Shown here: in pieces, positions 48,337-61,060 of the stretch | Layout of the letters: each line of letters opens with the position of its first letter | Numbering within the stretch: position 1 is the first letter of the stretch | DNA from: Pristiophorus japonicus | Lineage: Eukaryota | Assembly: GCF_044704955.1 (NCBI RefSeq) | Contig: NC_091994.1 | Span: 24,800,001-24,864,000, forward strand | Direction of reading: 5' to 3' | DNA: 64,000 nt | Program-made: the position numbers and the translations under genes | The notes under the pieces: generated by a model | Databases searched by the model: none | What the model saw: the letters and a program-made list of their open reading frames with translations, nothing else | What the model was told of the DNA's origin: nothing

Positions 48337-51300
48337 ATGAGGATAAAGAATGCGTTGCATGCGCAATACACAAGGCAAATAATAGAGTTCTCTTCCCCAT
48401 ACACTAGCAATCGAAAATGGTGCAATAAAGAACATTGCTAATTTTGCTACATCTTCTTCCTCCCTTACCACTGACATATGCTGACAGGAGTTTCCAGATT
48501 ATTACATCTATAATATATTTTTTAAAAGATGAATATCAGAAATATAATTAAATTAAATGTTCTAATTTTCTATGTCAATGAGGTCAATATAGCTGGAATT
48601 TAATTTTTTTACTTGCTGATCTTCCACGGTGTTCATGGGTAGTCTCAGGTCATGAATACTGTTGTATGAAAACTAGCTGCCTTTAAGGCCACTGCTCAGG
48701 AAGTGGGAAGTACTTTAATTAGTCACATTCTGAGGTCAATTAGAGGCTAATTGCTGTGATAGCGCTGTAGATGGGCAGCTGCTTGTAAATATCCCACTCC
48801 TGGGCTTGGGGAGAAGCCATGATATCATGTTCAGAAATGCCAGTGGCAAATGAGTGGCTTTCCTTTTTTAAGATTTGTCAGTTCGACTGTGATGGCAGAA
48901 TTGTGATATCTGAAATGTGATGATGGCATACTAGATGCAATAACAGAGCACTGTAAATATATGAATCTATTTCCTCTGCAAATCAGGAGTGATGAAGTAA
49001 TTGCAACCTTTCTTTCCATTTATCTTCCCATCTCTCCTGAAGCTGGTACCTCTCGCTGTATATGAATCCACAGGTGCTGGCCATCCTCCCATTCTTCATA
49101 CAGGCATTATATTCTGGCAAGCTTTCTACCATAAGCAGCTTGAGAACCATAAGGCCCTCACCTAATGATCAAATACATGTACTTTCCAGCACTTGGCAAT
49201 GCATAATAAGTCAGGACTGGGAATCCATTTGATTTGCCCAAGGATAGCCTTAGTTCTGATGCCCATCTGTACAACCAGTGATGTAGTTTTACACGACTGG
49301 CCCCCCCCCCGACATTGAGAAAGAGAAAGCTGCAATTGCAATCTTTCAATAACTCTGTATGTAGAGATGTACAGGTGTGTTTTTCAGCAATGTTGTGAAC
49401 CTGCTCCGCACCGGTTTCTCGAGCTCCAGTAGTTGAAAGAAAATGACAGAATGGCTTCAGGTAAAAGCAATTTCACAATATAAACAAAGCATTAAGTCAC
49501 TGCTTCTGACTATTGCTTTGTTGCTGGATGATGATACGGATAGACCAGGAGTGAAATCAGCCTCCTGTACTCATTTGTATCTATTTTTTAAATAACCTGC
49601 TGTTGCGATTACTAGATACATTTGGTGCATTTTGTCTGCTATCTGATCACAAGATTAGTGTCTGTTAAGGGTCTGAAGGCATCCTTTGCTGCAGACATTC
49701 TCCTCACTAGTCTTTAGCTAATGATCCTTTTTTCATACAACATATCATCGACAGACTCCAGAAAGATCACACTTGTACACATATCACCAGAATATCAAAT
49801 ACAAGTTGTATACCATCCATGTCGGAAATATACTTGCCGATTAGACAGAGCGCCTTTTCTCCCTCTGCCTATCAACGGCACTAGAGAAATGCATGGTGAC
49901 TCTTCCATCACCAACACAGCTTGTCTTGCAACCAAGTATTGGCACTGCTGCTATGACCAGTATACAAACAGCTGCACAGAGACATGCGTGAAGTGCACAG
50001 TACTGAGGTAGAGACAAATGAACTGTCTTCTTTTATCTGCTGTGCATTGTACAAAACCATTACTTGCATATAATATATGTTGGATATTATGAAGGACAAA
50101 GAAATACAAAGAACATTTTTATACTTTCAATATATTTAAAAGCCTGTAATCTTGTTATATTTTTTCTAAATTTGTTCCCGCATAGATTTAAGGTAAGCAA
50201 TATCCGAACAGGGCCATCAATTTTATTAACTGTGCTCTAGTTTAAAGATGATATTTTTTCAACCCAAAATGTTTTATTACATATGACACAACTAGAGATC
50301 TCAACATATAAAATATTTTACTCTCCGCCTCTTCAATGTGTGGTGGTGTTAGCTATAATTAGAAAAATCAATATCAAAGACTGTCTTTTTGACAAAAAAT
50401 ACTTGCACGTCAGCATTTGAAGAAACAGCTTGTACGCCACTGTCAGCAGAGGCAAATGCTTTGCTTCCCACAGAGAAAAGTGCTCCTCTGGGATATGTAC
50501 AGTGTCTTCCAAGCTCCAGATTTCCTTGTACTTCAACAACCAGGCCTGCCCTGTTAGTAAATAATTCATATCTGCAACAGAAAGCAACCAATCTAATAGC
50601 TACTAACTAGGTATTTTCTTGCAACGAAACAATATGGAGGAGGACAGTCTTTGTTTTCACTTTCCATAGTTAAACAAGAAAAAAAAGTTGCTTATTTTTC
50701 CTTCTTTCCTTTAATATGTTGCTCACACTTGTTTCCTTTAACCATGAGGACACGGCAGACTGAACCATAGAATTTGCCACAACTGCTTGCTTCTTTATCT
50801 GCTACAAGTTGACAGGAGATACAGTTGGGAAGAAGCAGGCAAGCTTCTCACTACCCCTACCCAACCGCCCCCTCCCCGCCCATCACAAACGATAAATGCA
50901 GTTGGCCAGGCTACCAACTAAGGACACTTATTGCAATGAATTGGAAGACTGAATTGCATCAGGTAGCACTTGGGTGTGAATGTCATTGTCATACCAAGGC
51001 ACATTACATAATGTCACATCACTCATGTTGTCATAACGATACTAACTGTCTGCAGGATCTCCCAAACTCAATAGCACCCATGGCCTGTTGCATCTGGTTG
51101 CATATACCTTCAATTCTCCTACTAGTTGTGTACACTAGAAGGGGAAGGACAGGATGGTGGCTTGCACCAGCAATTAGATAGGACGACTTTAATGTACATC
51201 ATTACATTCTGATGTGTATTGATTTTCCTGGTGCATTGTGGTGGCTTCAATGTTTATACTGTAGTCAGCATGTGCTCCAGTGGCAGACAATCGACTCTCT

Positions 51301-54300
51301 GCAGTTCACCTTCTCCATGCTAAGATACCACTTCTGGATGGTGAATTGTGCTTTCATGCCTCAACTGCTTGTGACAGTTTCTATTTTCATGAAAGTGTGC
51401 TGCCTATAATTCCTCATGTGTGTTATCTGTTCCCAGCACTGTACTCAGAATACTGCAGGATAAACAGTTATTACAGTTTGTAAAAAGAACACCTGATACT
51501 CCCCATTTTATGCCCAGGTGGGTACAAAAACTTCTCTCCCACTTCCCATTCTCCAGCTACATCACATATTAATACTGTACAAGATGATTAAAGATATAAA
51601 AGTGTTTTGTTTTATTAGTGACACAAGCTGATAAAATTATATTCACTTCAGCACGGTCATCCTGTTTTTTTCAGTGAGCAGTAACATGGCAAGTACTGGA
51701 TCTTCGAGATGATTGGTGGTAGGTTCATCTTTACAGTGCAAAAGGCCTTTACCACATAACGTGAAAGTTGAATTATGTCGCAATCACTGTGTTGGCGAGC
51801 GTTAAGAGAAAAACAGTAGGATACAGATCTGCTTTAGAAATCTACACTTATTGATGAAGTATACCAGATCAGAGCCTGAGTCATTCTAGATCCAGGAAAC
51901 ACCGGAGGCAGACAGGAAAGTAAGGTGTACTTTTAATTAGGCTGCTGAACAAATATTTTTATCTAAGATTGCAAATTGGAATTTACAGTACATAGCAAAC
52001 ATATAAATAAAAAAAAACAAATGCACAGTATCCACTAATCATGTTTGCAGATAATGCATTTGTATTTTTCCATAATGAAAAGCCAGCAAGGTTGCAAAAT
52101 CCCACAGTATTGTAAATTGTCATAGGTCCTATCAAGCTTTTCTTTCAAAAATATTTCAAAACTTGAGTGGAATCCTATAGGAGGTATTACAGAAACCTAT
52201 AAGAATCCTTCGGACCTTATAGGTCAGGGTAAAATACAAACAACATGTATAATTTCTCATTATATCATTAAAATCTCCGTCTGGTCTGGGCAACAATATA
52301 ATTGACTGGACCGACAGGACTGGTTATTTAAGCAAACCAGACTAACGTGAACATCTGCCGTACCTTTCATCTCTACCGTGGAGGATTTTAAATCCTGTCG
52401 GCCCACTCTTCCGGCTGGAGGATCAGCATACAGTGTGAGTAGTCATGTACAGGAGGAAGGATGAGAAGAGGGAAAAAAAATTAGTGACAGAAAAGTTTAG
52501 CTTGTACATAAAATAAAGGTTGTATTCGCACACAAAGAACACGCTACAGGAAGCAACCATTTAACCTTTTAGTTCCCTCAGGAATGCCAAACTGTTCATT
52601 TTATAGCAATGAGAATCCTGCCTGTACTCCGCACACGGCTGATTAGCAGCATTTCACATCACTTTTAAATGCTATCCATAAGTCAACCATCACTTAAATA
52701 TAGTTGTCTTAATTGAAAGAGCAGGTGAAAGTACATGTGGCACACTCCCTAGAACCCAATATAACTCATTTCAATTGATGTTGTACAAGGAAGTCCATGA
52801 CACCCTACCCTAGAGAATGCAACAGGTCAAACTCTTAACAATTAATCTTTTTTTTTAAATTCCTAACTTCAAGTATTTAAGGTTAATTTGAAATTAAAGC
52901 AAGACTTTGTCATGGTAGTCTGGTGCTACAAGGTATATATAAACTAGCTTACCTTTAAACTTAAGTTACACATATTGCTTATGCTTTTGACTTAAGGATC
53001 ATTATATTTTTCCCTATCCAGCATTACATTTCAACTGTCCTTGCAATATTTGGTAAATCTTTTCTATATTTGATGATTCTTCTCAACTTCCTCTCCACTC
53101 CCTGCCCCCACCCTCCGACTTATGAAACAAAAACAAAGGTTCCGACAATCCAAGAAATCAACAACAAATCTTCACATTTTCAAAGACTTGAATAGGGGCA
53201 TCTAAGATCAAAATGCTCTGGGGGTTAAAGTGATAACATTGCTATGTGGACAGTGTGTATGACACTGATATTTGCTGTACATATATAGAAAGAAATCACA
53301 GTCTGCTTGGATTTCAGATATCAGTAGGTTCAGTACAACTAAACCTAAATGATATGTGGATGAGCTGAAAGATCACTTTCTGTTATGGACAGTTTTTACA
53401 GATGTTTGAAGAAAAATCCACTTGGCATGAATAGTAGTTGGCGAACAGACATTTTCTTTGTGCAAGGAAACAGTGTATTTGAAGACTCCCATTAAGATTA
53501 AATTCACAGTCAATGATGAGGCATCTAGGAGACTCTATAGGGAGAGAGGGGAAATTGAAGAATGACTATGCTGTTCCTGCACATTTTTAAATAGTCACTT
53601 CAATAGCAACATGTGCCAAAGCTTGGGAACATTTGCTCTCTTGGGGGTGGGAGGGAGGATATTTTCTCTGTGCATTATGTGTAATTAAATTATAAAGAAT
53701 TTGTTAAGACACAGTGCAGAGAAAGTAATCAACCTTGATTGAGGAACAATATATAAAGGAACCTGAAAAGGTGGGAGAACTAACCACTTGTCGCACTGAA
53801 CTGACTTGGTTCAACAGACCATACACATGTAACACTGTCATGCCCTCTTCCTAACTGCTCTGATCTTATGAGGAGGTGAGTAACCACAGGCAAAATCTCC
53901 TGCCTGACCATTCCCCCATCCAAGGCAATTCAGCAAGAATCTGCAGGGCATCAACTGATTGTTATCACAGACACAAATAAATCATGACCAGTTTTATACC
54001 ACAGCGATACTCCCTTGGTCCAAACAAGACTGAAATTATAGTGTTCCATGGAGTATGTTTATCCCTACAACCTTCAATCACTTTTGCAATCAGATACCCA
54101 TCCAACTTCTTTCTAAATGAACCTATTGACACTTCTTTTGGTGGCAAAATGTTTCACATATCTGCTACTTTGTGTAAAACCTTCTGCTAATCTGGAAATT
54201 GCAGTGAATGAAGTTATCTGATGAATATTTAACATATTCCCATTATATTCTTCTCTTCTCTACTTTAAAAGAAGAATTACCCACTTATTATAAACTGATT

Positions 54301-56014
54301 AATGTCTGAATTAAAATAACAGTAGGAACTTGATATAAACATTAAGTATTTGTACAGTAGCATCGCTCACATTATTTTCCAGGCTATGCTCTTACTAATT
54401 TCTTATTCTGGTTCTCTAATCAAACTGATGTACATCAACCTGATTGCAAACATATTATTTTCTGCATCTTTCAACATTTTAAAGACTTAAATAATATCTT
54501 CTTTCCAACTGTCTCTTCTTTATTGAGAAAAAGTTCAATTTCAACAACTTATTCTTGTGTTGTATTTAAGTACTACTATCATCCTTGACACTTTCTGAAC
54601 CCTCTTTAACACATCGATAACCTTTGGAAGGTGAGCTGCTGTCCACCTCTCGCTAGCTGCGTCTTTGTTCTACAGAGCTTCAACTGATAATATTGGTCTT
54701 TTCACCAAGAATGGAACATGATTCCTTCTTCTTCCTGCAGTGTTTGTTGACTAATTACCAGACAGGCATCTCATTGACAAAATTTCACTAAGGTTACATT
54801 GTTCAGAACACTTGGTTAGAAGATATTACCCCCCTCCCTCATATAAATTGTAGAACAGCATTTTGTAAGTGCTCCGAACAAGGCAGATTGGAGCGAGAGG
54901 AAAACAAAAGATTGTCACGAGTAATTTTTCCAAGTGTATTACTTTTAAAAAGTGGAAGAAATTATACCTTTCAGGAAGAAAGCAAAGAGGATCTAGTATT
55001 CAAAAGCTTAGGTAGCAAGCTTAGGTAACCAGGTAAATTACTGTAACCCTACCAACTAGGACACCTAAGATTAAATGCCCGTTTGGAATGAAATACACAC
55101 TTGGATTTCTTCTAGAGGATGGCTTTCATTAGTTTTGGCTGGATCACCTATTTTAAGGAAAGACATCCAGCTGAGGGATTGCCTTTCTATATATGGTGAA
55201 ACTGCTCAGCTGAGGAATGATATACATAGAGATTATTGCAACCATTTATACCTAGAAGAATGTTCAAGGAGTGGGGGGAACTATAGGAAAGGGAGAAAAA
55301 AAGTTGGGGTGGGAGGGAGAAATTACAAAAATTAAATTGTAGAAACAAAATAAATCTGAATGAGATTTGTACAAGGTCTCAAGCTAACAACAAAGCCCAC
55401 AAAGAAAGAACATCTTTTACTTCTCTAAAATTAAAAATATTCTTGCAAAGATGGCTATGTGATCTTTCAGCTCAGCTACAGTTATAATTTATGTTTGGTT
55501 GCCCTACAAAACTGAAGCACAGTATTTACAAGAAATGTATTTTTAAAAGTTTTGACAAACAGTTGTAACTCTCACAGATATTGCTACATGCAAAATAAAT
55601 TAAACTAGCTTACAGTCAACTCCATTTAAGAGTATAGCTGTTAAGTTAAATCCCATTTGAATATGAAGTTAGAAAGATTAATGAATGTGGGCACACTTTC
55701 TACGAATGCATCTGTTACCTGGGTATGAGAAGGCATTGCTGTCTACAGTTTCAGTCATTGCTACAATGCAAATATGGCAGATTCACAACCCGACTTTTCC
55801 CATTGCAGTAATTCACTTTAACAGCTCATTGTCCATCAACTGCCAGAGTAGTCAGTTGAGATGTCACATTTCGAGCAGGGATGAGAATTCTTACTTACTT
55901 TGGATTCAAATTTGGATTTGGACCTCAAAATTCAGACATTCCAAGTTCAAAATGTAACATAAAATGGCACATGGGGTTTCAGCAGAGAGTCTCCACTAAC
56001 TACCAGAGAAATAA

Positions 56015-56520
56015 ACATTTTGCATGGACAGCAACCCAAGGCCACAAGTGAAACTGACACAATGGATGGACAAGCGTTCTCAATAACACCGAGGAGACTA
56101 ACACATTGGATGGACATCCATCCTTAATAACACCGAGGAGTAAACACATTGGATGGCCAACCATCCTTAATAACACTATGGAGACTAACACATTGTACGG
56201 ACAGCCTTCATCAACAACACTAATGAAGTTGCCACGTTAGATGGTCAACCATGCTAATAATAACACCAGGGAGACTAACCCATTGGATTGCCAATGATTT
56301 TCAAAACCATCGGGGAGATTAACACATTGGATGGGCAACTATGCTGAATAATAACACCGGGGAGACTAACGCTTTGGATGGGCAGCCATCATCAACACCA
56401 CCAGGGAGATTACTACATTGGATGGACAACCACTCCAAGATTACGGGCAAAATTGACTTACTGGATGGATAATCATCCTCAACACCACCAGGGAAATACA
56501 TGGGATGGACAGCCATCCCA
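56015..56520 (+). repeat. Degenerate ~44-47-bp tandem array (~11 units)
   Basis: Consensus-like aacacattggatggacaaccatccttaataacaccggggagact, recurring with considerable divergence. Confidence 0.85.
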
Positions 56521-57764
56521 AAATTGCTACGGAAGCTGAAGATTTCAATTGATAGCCACACACTTCACCAGAACTTGACAAATCAAATGGTATGTACCAT
56601 CAAACTAGCTGGGAAATAGCTTGAACAGCTAGCCTAGGAGTTCCTTGCCACATCACTAAAATACACTTGCTGGTGGGTCAACTAGGGAATGGAATACATG
56701 AGGATCATCTTGCCCTCTGAACTGAGCAGATGGGGGAAGGAGAGTATGTTGGACAATAATCACAAAAATAAAAATGGAAAAGCAAAGCATATCTGAATGA
56801 GATTTGTACAGGTACCTAAATCCTGAATCAGTAACAAGAGCTTCCAACAAACATGTTAGCTTTAATTCCCTCAAAATAAACATGTACAATATTCTGACTA
56901 CAGTGAAATTCAGGCAGATGGAATAACAATCACAGGCGATTGTTTAAAAAATAAATATTTTCTGGCTGTTGGCACCAAAATATCAGAGAAATGGAGCTGT
57001 ATGAACCTCTTTTAATGCATTGTTAATGACATTCACCACAAATTTGCCAGTGGATGTTTAAAATGAAAAATTGCTCCAATGTGCAAGTGTACTACCAACA
57101 TTCTTATAAGAACTGGCCTAACTGAATGCAAATAACCTAAACTGGGCCAAAATTCTGATGTTTGCATACAATCCTAATTTGGATTCCAAAATCTATTGGG
57201 AGCTTATGCTTAATTCTAAGTTCTATAATTGCCAATGACTGTTTGAAAACCAGACCATTTTAAACCCTTTTGTTTGAACTGTAATTTCTAATAATATTTT
57301 TGTGGGACCTGATTTTATGGAGTTACTGAGCCCAAGTCAGTGAGGAAACTTAATTCAGCTACACTGAAAAAGACATAATTGTGGAGGCTGCTTGGGTTAA
57401 TAACTAGCCTAGAGACTTCAGTTTGTGAACTACTGAGGGGTTAAATGAATTTTGCTTAGGCGTATTCAGAGTTATTAAGCTCCCCGCTTCCTATTTAATG
57501 TTTCCTAAAGCTATGCTAAATGCGAACTCTAATGGCTGCAAAGCAGACCATCCAAAGACGTGGTTGAAGCAACAGCTGAAATTGTGCTTAGGAAGCCAGA
57601 ACAGCTGTTTATTAAGCAGGACTGCTGAACAAATGAAGCATTGCAAAGGGTCAAAAGTCAGGTTTCCTGAGCAGGTGCTGGATGCCTTACTGGAAGGTGC
57701 GTATGAGACTGGTGGATCGAACTCCACCCCCCTCCTGCCCTCCCCGACCCACCCCACCCCCCAG

Positions 57765-58048
57765 ACACATTTACACAACCTCAAAACATCTCAAAGCGCT
57801 TTACAGCAATCAAGTAACTTTTGAAATGTTGTCACTGTTGTAATGTAGGAAACGTGGCAGCCAATTTGCACACAAACACGGTTCCACAAACAGCAATCTG
57901 ATACTGACCAGATAATTTGTTTTCATGGTGTTGGTTAAGGAATACATATTGGCCAGGAGAACTCCCCTGCTCTTCTCAAAATAGTGTCTATGGGATCTTT
58001 TACATCCTCCTGAAGTGCTGACAGTGGCTTGGTTTAACATCTCATCCA
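57765..58048 (-). mobile_element. SINE fragment nested in the Harbinger fossil
   Basis: caaagcgctttacagc...cactgttgtaatgtaggaaacgtggcagccaatttgcacaca matches 43790-43870. Confidence 0.8.
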
Positions 58049-58081
58049 AATTTATGAAATAAGAAATATGCATCAACAATT

Positions 58082-58750
58082 TGGGGCCAATTTTCCACAT
58101 GGCCGATTTTTGACGCAGTTGTAGAGGTACATCCGATTTTTTAGTGGCCGACTGCGCCCAAAAAAAGCTGCAACTTTCACTGGAATAAGCTTTCATTTTG
58201 AAGCGGCGTTTACGGTGGAGCTTAAAGTTTGCGCCGAAAAACTGAGGTTGCCAGGGTAACGAGGGACACACTGAAGGACTGAGGCTGCAAAGTGAAACGT
58301 ACAAGATGCAGCAAGACATGAGCAATTGTAGTGTCCCTAGTACCGCTGCTATCCCAGGCCACAAGCCTCCCCACCACCGGTGCCGCTCGAATTCCGGACC
58401 AAATGGCCCCCCCGCCCCCAGTGCCACTCCTATCCCGGGTCGCAAGGCCTCCCGCCCCTGGTGCTGCTCGAATTCCGGGCCGAATGGCCTCCCGCCCCCC
58501 CCAGTGCCACTCCTATCCCGGGTCGCAAGGCCCCCCGCCCCTGGTGCTGCTCGAATTCCGGGCCGAATGGCCTCCCGCCCCCCCCCAGTGCCACTCCTAT
58601 CCCGGGTCGCAAGGCCTCCCGCCCCTGGTGCTGCTCGAATTCCGGGCCGAATGGCCTCCCGCCCCCCCCCAGTGCCACTCCTATCCCAGGCCGCAAGGCC
58701 CCCCGCCCCTGGTGCCTGTGCTGCTCCTATCTCGGCGAATGCTCCTGGAG
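58082..58750. mobile_element. Truncated GC-rich Harbinger MITE with ~84-85-bp tandem repeat (~58345-58730)
   Basis: Left end tggggccaattttccaca resembles the TIR at 32213; unit ccagtgccactcctatcccgggtcgcaaggcctcccgcccctggtgctgctcgaattccgggccgaatggcctcccgccccc, about 4 copies. Confidence 0.7.
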
Positions 58751-59066
58751 CTGTATGGTATTGTCATTGCTCTGTGTCCTTTCAACCCTTTTTGTACTGC
58801 TCTTCTGTGTTTGGAGAACAAGATGGCCTTTAATTGTTGCAAAAAGACTCACACAGATGATGGTCCAAAGCAAATTAAGACACTGAAATCTTTTGAAGAG
58901 GCCACCCTTGAAATCATTGGCTGAGAACATAAGGGAAAGGAGGTCTGGTGAAGCCAGAGCTTTCCACTGAATCCAGGGCTAGTGTCATAATGTTCATGTC
59001 ATGTAATTCTATCCTACTAAATGAGTGTCACATAGGCACAGAATGAATTGAAGCAGTGTCACACAG

Positions 59067-59708
59067 AGGGCTGGATTTCCCTCTTTTTGTGGGAAAGAGG
59101 CAGGGGTTGATTTTTGCCTGCCCCTCTCATCCCACTGTAAGCCCGACCCATTTTCTTGGGTTGGAGATCACTATCAAAGCAAGGCAGGATAATGGTGAGG
59201 CTCCTGCCCCAAGGGGGAGCCTTCAGCTGCAACAGAGGGAAATCAGGCAGTGCTGTAGTGCAGCACCCGAAGAGGCAGAGGGGGCATGAAAAAAAGCATG
59301 AGCCCCAAAGAAGAATCTTGGATGAAGTTTTTAGTAGTCCTTAACTGAGACCTACAAAGCGAGGTCTTTGGAGGATGAGGAAGCTGCTACTGGGCTCTCT
59401 TCCTCTATCCTGACATCTTGGGGGTTTCCTGCTGCTACCCCAGAGACTATCACCAGGCTTCTCCTGGTTGTTCCAGAAAGCAGTCAGAACGTGGAAGGGT
59501 GGCAGGAAAATATGCCTGGAACCCAGGCCCCATCTTCCCATTGGCATTTATAAGTAGTAGGCAGGGGAGGGATGGCTCGCAGTGTTCCTGGCGGGGTCTT
59601 GGGTGGAAAGTTATGGTCTGGGAGAGGAGACAGGTGGAGGCTTTACCATCTGATTTTCTGCCGCTACGTGCCCAATTTCAAGTGGGACTGCAGAGGAAAA
59701 TCAAGCTT
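59067..59708. mobile_element. Degenerate MITE nested in the Harbinger fossil
   Basis: Ends agggctggatttccctc / gaggaaaatcaagctt are partially complementary. Confidence 0.45.
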
Positions 59709-60089
59709 AGTATCCCGTGCAATGAAAGTAGTGCACAAAGCATTTAGTCAGTTTGTTTTTTCTGCTTGATTTGAAAGAATGGACAGCTGCCATGTCTAGC
59801 ACCTTCAAGCAAATCAACCATTCTCGGCACCCTACATCACTGTCACCACCCCTGCCAAGTGTCAGCACAGCTACACACGTAGATAGCAACATTGAGAACT
59901 GAGAAAGTGGTTTGGGCATGGTTACTTTGTGGATGTGGACTACAGCTTTAGGAAGGTATGTAGCTGCAGCACTCCTCGCAAAGTATCTTGGATTAGTGTC
60001 CGGTGCACCAGTTCCCTTGCTGCATTGCTAGTTTGGCAGTTCATTTCTCAAAGCCTTTTCAATCTCTTGCTCTGTTGTGACTGCTTCAT

Positions 60090-61060
60090 CCTATTTGAGC
60101 TGCAATGCTTCTTTGCAGGGCAAAGTTATGTAGTAGGTGACAGTTATTCATGAAACCAGAGAGCAGTGGTTGTTCTGTAAAGGTGCCTCCCCAGTCAGAG
60201 ACATCTTAGTGATTTTTAACCAATAAGGGAATTAAGGGTTACGGGGAGCGGGCGGGTAAGTGGAGCTGAGTCCACGGCCAGATCAGCCATGATCTTGTTG
60301 AATGGCGGAGCAGGCTCGAGGGGCTAGATTGGTTACTCCTGTTCCTAATTCTTATGTTCTTACGATTGCCTTATGATCCCAATATCATGTTTGATGGTTA
60401 TCCTCGCTGTGGCATGAGCCTCGTTGTACATATGCTTAACTTCTGCCATGATTGACACAAGGGTGGCATGAGCCATTACCGCAGAGGGTAGCCCTGGTCC
60501 CTCTGTAGGCATCCTCTCTTTCTAATAAGAATGCCACCCTTAAACTAGTTATCATGGGAACTCCCAGGGAAGCCGGTATTCACTTGCACAATTCTGCACT
60601 GGTGATCACATACCAGTTGGAAACGGAGAGCATCAAATCCCTTTCAGTTCGTGTAAGGTGTAGCATTGTGCACAGCGATCTGAATGGTAATATGTTTTCA
60701 ATCAATGAACCCTTGGACTCTCAGAATGCCAGCACATCTTTGAATAGTGTTTTCAGGTTGCTGCTGTTGGTCAGTAGTGAAACAAGCAAAGCTGTTGACT
60801 CTGTTGAGTTGCATCTATGACCTCCTTGAAACATCTGGGGAGAACTAACTGGCTGACACTACACTTGGCCCCAGTACTGGCTTGGAAGGAGCCAGATACA
60901 TACAAATTGAGGGACATGGTTACTTTCGCCCTTGGCAGTGCCATAAGATTCTTTCCACGTGCCTGTGTGCCACCTGACATCATAGGAGGCGCTTTCCTGC
61001 TTTTGCTGGTCTTTCTCTGCTAAATGAGGTGATAGAGGAACACTGAATTCAATGTCCATA
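60090..61060 (-). pseudogene. Harbinger (HARBI1-like) DDE transposase pseudogene
   Basis: Minus-strand translation gives, in order: ALPRAKVTMSLNLYVSGSFQASTGAKCSVSQLVLPRCFKEVIDA; AGILRVQGFID*KHI; YTN*KGFDALRFQLVCDHQCRIVQVNTGFPGSSHDN*; RDQGYPLR*WLMPP; YNEAHATARITIKHDIGII; (CR1 insertion) DWGG...CHLLHNFALQR. Multiple stop codons. Confidence 0.9.
60209..60362 (+). mobile_element. CR1 3' fragment inserted in the transposase
   Basis: gatcagccatgatcttgttgaatggcggagcaggctcgagggg...ttcttatgttctta; flanked by TCTTA at 60204-60208 and 60358-60362. Confidence 0.85.

Larger units (their letters stand above)
57633..58925 (+). pseudogene. Harbinger Myb/SANT-like gene remnants (exon 1 fragment 57633-57700; exon 2 ~58818-58925)
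   Basis: KGSKVRFPEQVLDALLEGA (cf. RAPRFSDAAVEILVEEV at 9491) and NKMAFNCCKKTHTDDGPKQIKTLKSFEEATLEIIG (cf. the KxxxNxRxxxxTGGG...LTxxEE motif). Confidence 0.6.

Noticed and set aside
50810-51330. Possible further transposase remnant
   Set aside because: Partial manual translation did not give ordered catalytic motifs.
56015-56520. CRISPR-like repeat/spacer appearance
   Set aside because: The variable parts are homologous to each other rather than unique spacers, the repeats are degenerate, there are no cas genes, and the context is vertebrate.
58306-58886. Long Pro-rich ORFs in three frames
   Set aside because: Products of the ~85-bp GC-rich tandem repeat; only the tail of ORF 58331-58924 has Harbinger Myb-protein similarity.
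60090-61060. Functional host HARBI1 gene
   Set aside because: Multiple in-frame stops, frameshifts and a CR1 insertion; lies inside TIR-bounded DNA.
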